This document shows positions 1 through 4,386 of a stretch of DNA of 4,386 nt, piece after piece (position 1 is the stretch's first letter; every line of letters begins with the position of its first letter). Origin of the DNA: a virus. Taxonomy: Duplodnaviria > Heunggongvirae > Uroviricota > Caudoviricetes. Location: the IMG/VR virus record IMGVR_UViG_2534681998_000004. One strand, 5' to 3'. The notes beneath the pieces are model-generated. The model saw only the letters and a list, made by a program, of their open reading frames with translations, was not told the origin of the DNA and searched no databases. The position numbers and the translations under genes were made by a program.

Positions 1-1
1 T

Positions 2-478
2 GCACAGATTGGCGCGATGACTGAACAGCAAATCCGGCAGGTCTGCCGTCAGTGCATGGACCGCTGCCGGGCGGGTGAAACGTGGCCTCCGGACCTGGCT
101 GAGTTTGTGGCGTTGATTTCGGAGAGCGGGGCAAATCCATTTGGCCTGACGGTGGATGCCGTGATGGAGGAGTACCGTCGCTGGAGGAATGAATCCTGGC
201 GGTACGACGGGAGTGATAAATACCCGTGGCCACAGCCGGTGCTGTACCACATTTGCCTCGAGATGCGTGACAGAGGGATTGAGCGGCAGATGACGGAAGG
301 TGAGTTAAAACGACTTGCAGAACGGCAACTGACGAAATGGGCAAAGCAAGTTGGTAACGGGATGAGTATTCCCCCGATCCGGAGACAACTCGCATCGCCG
401 AAGTGCCCGCAAGGGCCAACGCCAATTGAATTACTGAAACAGGAATACGAGCGCCGGAAGGCGGCTGGTTTTGTTTGA
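2..478 (+). CDS. Replication protein P-like protein (lambda P C-terminal-domain homolog); probably 5'-partial, reading frame is open to the window edge (alternative: complete 153-aa protein from ATG 17)
   Basis: Frame is open from position 2 with no upstream stop in the window; stop TGA at 476-478. From memory of lambda P, the product shares motifs with its C-terminal half (PPDLAEFVAL vs PSPGQFVAW; YPW; LT-x-GEL-x-R-x-AE vs LTDAELRRKAADEL; IPP vs IPEP). Not confirmed by search. Confidence 0.55.
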   Translation, partial: AQIGAMTEQQIRQVCRQCMDRCRAGETWPPDLAEFVALISESGANPFGLTVDAVMEEYRRWRNESWRYDGSDKYPWPQPVLYHICLEMRDRGIERQMTEGELKRLAERQLTKWAKQVGNGMSIPPIRRQLASPKCPQGPTPIELLKQEYERRKAAGFV

Positions 479-512
479 ATCTGAGAAACGATTTTGTCGG
501 AGGAAATTTTAA

Positions 513-1228
513 TGGAAACCGTATCTGACGCACTGAAAGCACTGAAAAGAGCCTCTTCACATGTGGTGGCAGCTCGCCTTGGAATTAGTCGTGAAGAGGC
601 TGTCAACGAACTGTGGAAACTGAAACGCCGTGGAGAAGCGGATAACAAGGGGGCGATATGGTGGCTGACTCAGGCTGGTGAAAGTGAACCGGTGTCACCG
701 GTACCGAAAGTGACGGCGCAAATGCTGACAGAGGCGATTGAACAACATGGCCCACAAACGGCGGATGAACTGGCATTGATGTTCGGAATTACCTCCCGCC
801 GGGCGAATTCATCGCTGGCAATGGCAATCAGCAAAGGGTGTCTGATTCGCGTGAATCAGGATGGTAAATTTCGTTACTGCATACCGGGCGTTGATTTACC
901 GGCAGAGCCGAAAGCAGCATCCGTAGCTGAAACGGAGGGTAAAGCCCTTCCTCAGCCAGCTGGTGTTGCGTTACCAGTCCAGGAAACGGCTGCACAGGAA
1001 GAAATTAAAACAGAAGCGGTGGAGGACATTGTGAAGTTGCAGCAATCGTTCACTGAAGCGAAAGCAGATGACCTGATTCTACCATCGCTGCATGTGGCTA
1101 ACCGCGAGCTGCGCCGGGCGAAAAGTAATGTTCAGAAGTGGGAGCGAGTCTGTGCTGCGCTACGGGAACTGAACAAACACAGGGATATTCTCCGGGATAT
1201 TACCGCCACCAGAGAGCAGCAGCGGTGA
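513..1228 (+). CDS. Hypothetical prophage protein, about 238 aa, with two N-terminal winged-helix-like segments, a Pro/Ala/Glu-rich linker and a charged C-terminal helix
   Basis: ATG at 513 preceded by GGAGGA (499-504) at 8-nt spacing; the ORF track's start at 494 is a TTG with no better RBS. Long ORF with ordinary amino-acid composition; stop TGA 1226-1228. Fold assignment is inference from sequence pattern only. Confidence 0.6.
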
Positions 1229-1542
1229 GTGGCTGGAAGAAGTGGCGCTGGGCTGAAATCCTGATACTCCGGCAGTGTGCGGGAACGATGAGAGTCGAAA
1301 GCATCGGTTATCTGATTGGCCGTAGTGAGTCAGCCGTCAGGACGAAAGCGCGGGAACTGGGTATCAGCATGATGTTACGGGGTGATTATCACCAGTCAGC
1401 CAAATGTTCACAGCGTGATATTGAGCTGGCGTGGCAACTGCATCAGCGTGGTGTACCCCGACGGGAAATTGCCGAAAAGTTTGGGATGAAGTTGGGCGCA
1501 GTGGATAACTACGTTTATTTCGACAGGAGGGTTCAGGAGTGA
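1225..1542 (+). CDS. Hypothetical small DNA-binding protein with two HTH-like segments ([36 protein letters not shown] and [20 protein letters not shown])
   Basis: GTG at 1225 overlaps the upstream stop as GTGA (translational-coupling arrangement). An alternative start is ATG 1288, but that would cut off the first HTH-like segment. The track's start at 1138 would overlap the upstream gene by 91 nt. Stop TGA 1540-1542. Confidence 0.5.
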   Translation: MSGWKKWRWAEILILRQCAGTMRVESIGYLIGRSESAVRTKARELGISMMLRGDYHQSAKCSQRDIELAWQLHQRGVPRREIAEKFGMKLGAVDNYVYFDRRVQE

Positions 1543-1841
1543 GGGTGAGGGTTTATATCGCCGGTCCGATGACGGGATATGAAAATTTTAACCGCGAGGC
1601 ATTTCACAAAACGGAAGAGGTGCTGAAACGGGAAGGGCATACCGTTTTAAACCCGGCAGTACTTCCGGACGGGCTGACTCAGCCACACTACATGGATATT
1701 TGCATGGCAATGCTCCGTTGCGTGGATGCGGTTTACATGCTGAAAGGCTGGCAGCAGTCGGCAGGTGCAGGGGCTGAGCTGGCACTGGAGGAGAAACCGG
1801 GCCATGCGGTGATTTTTCAGGAGGTGGGCAGTGAATATTGA
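1539..1841 (+). CDS. DUF4406-like / nucleoside 2-deoxyribosyltransferase-like small protein (100 aa)
   Basis: GTG start at 1539 overlapping the upstream stop (GTGA), with AGGAGG at 1526-1531 at 7-nt spacing. The N-terminal VYIAGPMTG...N...AF motif followed by V-NPA is, from memory, characteristic of the DUF4406 / deoxyribosyltransferase-like fold. Confidence 0.6.
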   Translation: MRVRVYIAGPMTGYENFNREAFHKTEEVLKREGHTVLNPAVLPDGLTQPHYMDICMAMLRCVDAVYMLKGWQQSAGAGAELALEEKPGHAVIFQEVGSEY

Positions 1842-2148
1842 CCCGGCGATAACGATTGATATGGCCCTGAACGCCGGCCTGGCACTTCTTGGTTATTTCT
1901 ACATTATGTTCTGCAGCGGACGATGGCTGTCACTGTTGTTCATGAAAAAATGGAATAAACGCCGTAAGCAGGAGCAACGCCAGAAGGCAATGGATGCATT
2001 TTTCGAAGCCTTCGGAATTGACGGCATGGAACCAGGGGATCCAGCTCGCGCAATCAGCAGAGGGGGTGTAGTAATCCTTGTATATCGGAGTGAAGAGAAA
2101 AATGACGATCACAAAACAACGTGTAGAAGAAATCATATCCCGCATTGA
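1831..2148 (+). CDS. Hypothetical small membrane protein (one predicted N-terminal TM helix MALNAGLALLGYFYIMFCSGRWLSLLF, then a basic and charged tail)
   Basis: GTG start at 1831 with AGGAGG at 1819-1824 at 6-nt spacing; overlaps the upstream gene's 3' end by 11 nt. The C-terminal extent is uncertain because the next gene may start at 2102. Confidence 0.45.
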   Translation: MNIDPAITIDMALNAGLALLGYFYIMFCSGRWLSLLFMKKWNKRRKQEQRQKAMDAFFEAFGIDGMEPGDPARAISRGGVVILVYRSEEKNDDHKTTCRRNHIPH

Positions 2149-2419
2149 AATGTATGGACATGGTGCAGGGTATATCGCAGACGAGGTTAATGATCTGGCT
2201 ATACTGGCGCTGAATTTATCAAATATCGCGAACCTGAAGCGATACGAGCTTGATATGGGAGGTTGCGACTCGTGCGGTCAGGATTGTGGCGCTGATATGA
2301 CTGAAGATCCTGATGGTGATTATGTCCTGTTTGATGACGTGGTTAAGTTGTTTGAATTTGATACAACCACTCAAAAGTTAGAAATCCCGGCAAAGGAGGC
2401 AGCCAGTGGGCAAGATTGA
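2102..2419 (+). CDS. Hypothetical acidic protein (about 105 aa) with a Cys cluster CDSCGQDCG
   Basis: ATG at 2102 with a purine-rich stretch upstream (GGAG 2087-2090, GAAGAG 2093-2098). The track's start at 2078 is a TTG. Stop TGA 2417-2419. Product unknown. Confidence 0.45.
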   Translation: MTITKQRVEEIISRIEMYGHGAGYIADEVNDLAILALNLSNIANLKRYELDMGGCDSCGQDCGADMTEDPDGDYVLFDDVVKLFEFDTTTQKLEIPAKEAASGQD

Positions 2420-2843
2420 CTATCAGGCACTGCGTGAGGCAGCACAAAACTATCAATCGACGCTGGCGTGGTATCAGGCTACCCCGGACAGCCCAAATGC
2501 TGAACGGGATTGTGATGCGGCTCTTGCTGCGTTTAAGCGTCACATCCGTCATCGGGAAGCGGATATTATCGCTGATTTGCTGGATGGACTGGAAGAAGCA
2601 AAATCACAACTCAACGAGCAGCGTGAGTATTACGAAGGCGTTATCTCTGATGGGAGCAAGCGTATTGCTGAACTGGAAGCGCGGGAAGTTCAATTACCGA
2701 CTCGCTACGACCTTCGATATGGACACCCGATAAATGCAGATGAGCGACATGTCATGATACCTAAAGAAAATGGCAGTTGGCTTTACCTGATTGACCTAGA
2801 ACACGCATTACGCGTCGCTGGCATTCGCATCAAAGGAGAGTGA
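2406..2843 (+). CDS. Ead/Ea22-like prophage protein (145 aa), tentative
   Basis: GTG at 2406 with AAGGAGG at 2392-2398 at 7-nt spacing; overlaps the upstream gene by 14 nt. The N-terminal IDYQALREAA motif resembles, from memory, the N-termini of Ea22-like proteins of E. coli prophages. Stop TGA 2841-2843. Confidence 0.5.
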   Translation: MGKIDYQALREAAQNYQSTLAWYQATPDSPNAERDCDAALAAFKRHIRHREADIIADLLDGLEEAKSQLNEQREYYEGVISDGSKRIAELEAREVQLPTRYDLRYGHPINADERHVMIPKENGSWLYLIDLEHALRVAGIRIKGE

Positions 2844-2844
2844 G

Positions 2845-3036
2845 ATGAACGGACAAATATCAATTGTTCGACCAGGAGCATGTGACGATCGCGAAATACG
2901 AATGATTATTCGTCTGGCGATGGGGAAAACAATAACTGCTCTCATTACTCCAGAAAATCTCGCATTAGCATTAACAGGAAAGTCAGACATGCCAGTAGAG
3001 CTAAAGCTGCGAAATGTTGAGATTAAGGTGAAATAG
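2845..3036 (+). CDS. Hypothetical protein (63 aa)
   Basis: ATG at 2845 starts 1 nt after the upstream stop, with AGGAG at 2833-2837 at 7-nt spacing. Stop TAG 3034-3036. No recognisable family. Confidence 0.5.
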   Translation: MNGQISIVRPGACDDREIRMIIRLAMGKTITALITPENLALALTGKSDMPVELKLRNVEIKVK

Positions 3037-3038
3037 CT

Positions 3039-3596
3039 ATGACCACTATTACCAAAGATCGACTGCTGACAATCCAGCATTGGCGCGAAACATACGGACC
3101 GGGTAGCAACGTTGTGCTTCCAGCAGAAGAAGCGGAAGAGCTGGCACGGATTGCGCTGGCATCACTGGCAGCAGTATCGGATGAACGAGCAGCCTATGAA
3201 TTATTTATGGAGAAGCGTTTCGGAGAATCTGTAGATCGCCGCAGAGCAAAAAATGGCGATAGAGAATACATGGCATGGGATATGGCGCTTGGCTGGATTA
3301 TCTGGTGTCACCGCGCCGCCATGCTTCAGGCTGGAAACTTTCGGGAAAATAAGGGTTCGTCAACCAATAATTTTCGGATAATCTCGGAAACGTCAACCAA
3401 CTCTCCGGCAATCCCTGATGAGGTGTTGTCCGCAATCCTGAAGGTCGCCAGGCTTCGTGCAGATTTCGATGCTTCTGAAGTGGACAGGCGAGGTATCGGT
3501 AGTTGTCTGGATGAGGCCGAGCAAGAACTTATCGTTACCATTAACGAATACGCCAGTCAGATCGCAGTAGAAGCGACACAGGGGGAGAACCAATGA
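3039..3596 (+). CDS. Hypothetical prophage protein (185 aa)
   Basis: ATG at 3039 starts 2 nt after the upstream stop, with AAGGTGA at 3025-3031 at 7-nt spacing. Long ORF with balanced composition; stop TGA 3594-3596. Confidence 0.6.
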   Translation: MTTITKDRLLTIQHWRETYGPGSNVVLPAEEAEELARIALASLAAVSDERAAYELFMEKRFGESVDRRRAKNGDREYMAWDMALGWIIWCHRAAMLQAGNFRENKGSSTNNFRIISETSTNSPAIPDEVLSAILKVARLRADFDASEVDRRGIGSCLDEAEQELIVTINEYASQIAVEATQGENQ

Positions 3597-3670
3597 GCCG
3601 GCCAGATGCATTTGCAGGCGTTGCTATAGCTATTGCTTTTCTAGTATATGTTATTTGTCGGTGGGGGTAA
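3593..3670 (+). CDS. Candidate 25-aa hydrophobic peptide (MSRPDAFAGVAIAIAFLVYVICRWG), not in the ORF track
   Basis: ATG 3593 overlaps the upstream stop as ATGA; GGGGGAGA at 3581-3588 gives about 4-nt spacing; stop TAA 3668-3670. Single predicted TM-like segment. Too short for statistical support; hand-translated. Confidence 0.3.
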   Translation: MSRPDAFAGVAIAIAFLVYVICRWG

Positions 3671-3705
3671 AAACGTTCGCCGGGATTCACACCAAGGGAG
3701 GGAAT

Positions 3706-3810
3706 ATGTCGGATGATATTTCACTGGTAATGGAAGGCGCTCTGGCTGTTATTGCTGTTGTGGGTGTTTACTGCCTGGTTGTGTTTTTGATGGAGCGCCT
3801 GGGGAACTGA
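3706..3810 (+). CDS. Candidate 34-aa small membrane peptide (MSDDISLVMEGALAVIAVVGVYCLVVFLMERLGN), not in the ORF track
   Basis: ATG 3706 preceded by a strong purine-rich SD, AAGGGAGGG (3694-3702); stop TGA 3808-3810. One clear hydrophobic helix. Hand-translated. Confidence 0.4.
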   Translation: MSDDISLVMEGALAVIAVVGVYCLVVFLMERLGN

Positions 3811-3820
3811 ATTCATTCCG

Positions 3821-3836
3821 TATGGGAATTCCCATA
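3821..3836. repeat. 16-bp perfect palindrome TATGGGAATTCCCATA (possible operator or RNA stem-loop)
   Basis: Exact reverse-complement symmetry read directly from the sequence; lies between the 34-aa ORF stop and the candidate hok promoter. Confidence 0.5.
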
Positions 3837-3850
3837 TCGGGCAAAACGGT

Positions 3851-3878
3851 TTGCTGTAAAGCGAGAGTTAAGTAGAAT
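3851..3878 (+). promoter_or_regulatory. Candidate sigma70 promoter for the hok-like mRNA (-35 TTGCTG 3851-3856, 16-nt spacer, -10 TAGAAT 3873-3878)
   Basis: The -10 matches TATAAT at 5 of 6 positions, the -35 at 3 of 6. The predicted start near 3885 coincides with the 5' element that is complementary to the mRNA 3' end, giving a transcript of about 420 nt, as expected for hok-family mRNAs. Confidence 0.4.
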
Positions 3879-3881
3879 TGC

Positions 3882-3896
3882 TGCGGGTGCTTGAGG
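3882..3896 (+). promoter_or_regulatory. hok mRNA 5'-end element complementary to the 3' end (fold-back inhibition, 5' partner)
   Basis: TGCGGGTGCTTGAGG (3882-3896) pairs with CCTCAACGCACCCGCA (4259-4274) over 15 bp with one bulged nucleotide; complementarity checked by hand. Confidence 0.5.
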
Positions 3897-3930
3897 CTGT
3901 CTGCCTCGGGCATGCCACCGTAAGGCAGAC

Positions 3931-4005
3931 AGAGAAAAGCCCCAGTTAACATTACGCGTCCTGCAAGACGCTTAACATTAATCTGAGGCCCAATCTATGC
4001 TTCAC
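3931..4005 (-). ncRNA. sok: Candidate Sok-like antisense RNA (antitoxin of a type I TA system); ends approximate
   Basis: Minus-strand candidate promoter: -35 TTGCCT (+4040..4035), 17-nt spacer, -10 TAACCT (+4017..4012), predicting a start near +4004. The transcript would be antisense to the mok start codon (3997-3999) and its SD (3985-3988), as in plasmid R1 hok/sok. No canonical terminator found; a U-rich run (complement of +3931-3939) is a possible 3' end. Confidence 0.3.
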
Positions 4006-4209
4006 AAACGTAGGTTAGCCTCTTACGCGCCGAAAGGCAAGGAGAAGCAGGTTATGAAGCAGCAAAAGGCGATGTTAATCGCCCTGATCGTCATCTGTTT
4101 AACCGTCATAGTGACGGCACTGGTAACGAGGAAAGACCTCTGCGAGGTACGAATCCGAACCGGCCAGACGGAGGTCGCTGTCTTCACAGCTTACGAACCT
4201 GAGGAGTAA
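3997..4209 (+). CDS. mok: Mok-like in-frame upstream reading frame (70 aa) that contains hok; analogous to the MokC arrangement as I recall it
   Basis: ATG 3997 with GAGG at 3985-3988 at 8-nt spacing; same frame as hok and the same stop. Whether it is translated as a separate product is inferred from the hok-family paradigm. Confidence 0.5.
   Translation: MLHKRRLASYAPKGKEKQVMKQQKAMLIALIVICLTVIVTALVTRKDLCEVRIRTGQTEVAVFTAYEPEE
4054..4209 (+). CDS. hok: Hok/Gef-family type I toxin (51 aa, small membrane peptide)
   Basis: ATG 4054 with AAGGAG at 4039-4044 at 9-nt spacing; stop TAA 4207-4209. The product MKQQKAMLIALIVICLTVIVTALVTRKDLCEVRIRTGQTEVAVFTAYEPEE has the Hok signature (TM helix, then TRK-x-LCE-x-R and EVAAF/EVAVF-x-AYE). 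From memory it is very close to E. coli HokD (RelF) and HokC (Gef). Confidence 0.85.
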   Translation: MKQQKAMLIALIVICLTVIVTALVTRKDLCEVRIRTGQTEVAVFTAYEPEE

Positions 4210-4258
4210 GAGACCAGGCGGGGGAGAAATCCCTCGCCACCGCTGATGTGTCAGGCAT

Positions 4259-4274
4259 CCTCAACGCACCCGCA
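4259..4274 (+). promoter_or_regulatory. hok mRNA 3' element complementary to the 5' end (fold-back inhibition, 3' partner)
   Basis: CCTCAACGCACCCGCA is complementary to 3882-3896 and sits immediately upstream of the terminator hairpin, as expected for the 3' partner of hok mRNAs. Confidence 0.5.
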
Positions 4275-4277
4275 CTT

Positions 4278-4304
4278 AACCCGCTTCGGCGGGTTTTGTT
4301 TTTT
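4278..4304 (+). terminator. Rho-independent terminator of the hok-like transcript
   Basis: Stem AACCCGC (4278-4284), loop TTCG, stem GCGGGTT (4289-4295), followed by TTGTTTTTT (4296-4304). Confidence 0.8.
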
Positions 4305-4386
4305 CCTGGCATTCTGGTTTACAATTCGCACGCCAGCCTGAACAACTGGCACCTGCTGCGCCAGCAGAGACAACCGATGGCGCACG

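Noticed and set aside
49-648. 199-aa ORF on the minus strand
   Set aside because: It lies antisense across the P-like and winged-helix genes, has Ser/Arg-rich low-complexity composition typical of a shadow frame, and no convincing RBS.
1138-1224. N-terminal extension of the HTH gene from GTG 1138 as given in the ORF track
   Set aside because: It would overlap the upstream gene by 91 nt and add a Gly/Cys/Thr-rich, non-protein-like N-terminus; GTG 1225 (GTGA overlap) is more plausible.
2416-2733. 105-aa + strand ORF in an alternate frame
   Set aside because: It lies entirely within the Ea22-like gene (2406-2843) in another frame, with Arg/Ser-rich composition and no RBS.
1588-3611. Minus-strand ORFs 1588-1785, 1930-2145, 2343-2552, 2808-3080, 3326-3541 and 3393-3611
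   Set aside because: All are short, fully embedded antisense to well-supported + strand genes, and lack Shine-Dalgarno sequences; they are most likely shadow ORFs.
3841-3854. Small hairpin GCAAA-ACGG-TTTGC considered as a terminator
   Set aside because: Only a 5-bp stem with no following U-run, and it overlaps the candidate -35 element.
3749-3952. 67-aa minus-strand ORF across the hok promoter and leader
   Set aside because: It overlaps the 34-aa ORF, the palindrome and the hok leader structures, has a Pro/Gln/Gly-rich composition and no RBS; the region is better explained as regulatory RNA.
3979-4007. Alternative antisense promoter (-35 TTGTGA, -10 ATTAAT) on the minus strand
   Set aside because: The spacer is about 19 nt, and the resulting RNA would start downstream of the mok initiation region and so could not mask it.
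4377-4386. ATG at 4377 as the start of a further + strand gene
   Set aside because: Only 10 nt remain before the window ends and there is no clear RBS; it cannot be supported.
1-4386. CRISPR arrays, tRNA/rRNA genes, IS elements and Chi sites
   Set aside because: No spaced direct-repeat array, no tRNA-like cloverleaf signature, no transposase-like ORF or terminal inverted repeats, and no GCTGGTGG or its complement was found on visual scanning.

Overview
The whole 4.4 kb window is densely coding on the + strand and reads like an accessory/early region of a lambdoid (enterobacterial) prophage. It opens inside a gene whose product resembles the C-terminal part of phage lambda replication protein P. 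Eight tightly packed small genes follow, several with overlapping stop/start codons (GTGA/ATGA), including winged-helix and HTH-like proteins, a DUF4406-like (nucleoside 2-deoxyribosyltransferase-like) protein, a small membrane protein and an Ea22-like protein. The 3' end carries a complete hok/sok-type type I toxin-antitoxin locus: a candidate promoter, a leader whose 5' end is complementary to the mRNA 3' end (fold-back inhibition), an in-frame mok-like extension, a 51-aa Hok/Gef toxin, a candidate antisense sok promoter, and a clear rho-independent terminator. Between the last phage gene and the hok promoter are two very short hydrophobic ORFs absent from the ORF track and a 16-bp perfect palindrome. 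No rRNA, tRNA, CRISPR array or transposase was seen. All family assignments are from memory of protein families and hand reading of the sequence; no database search was run.
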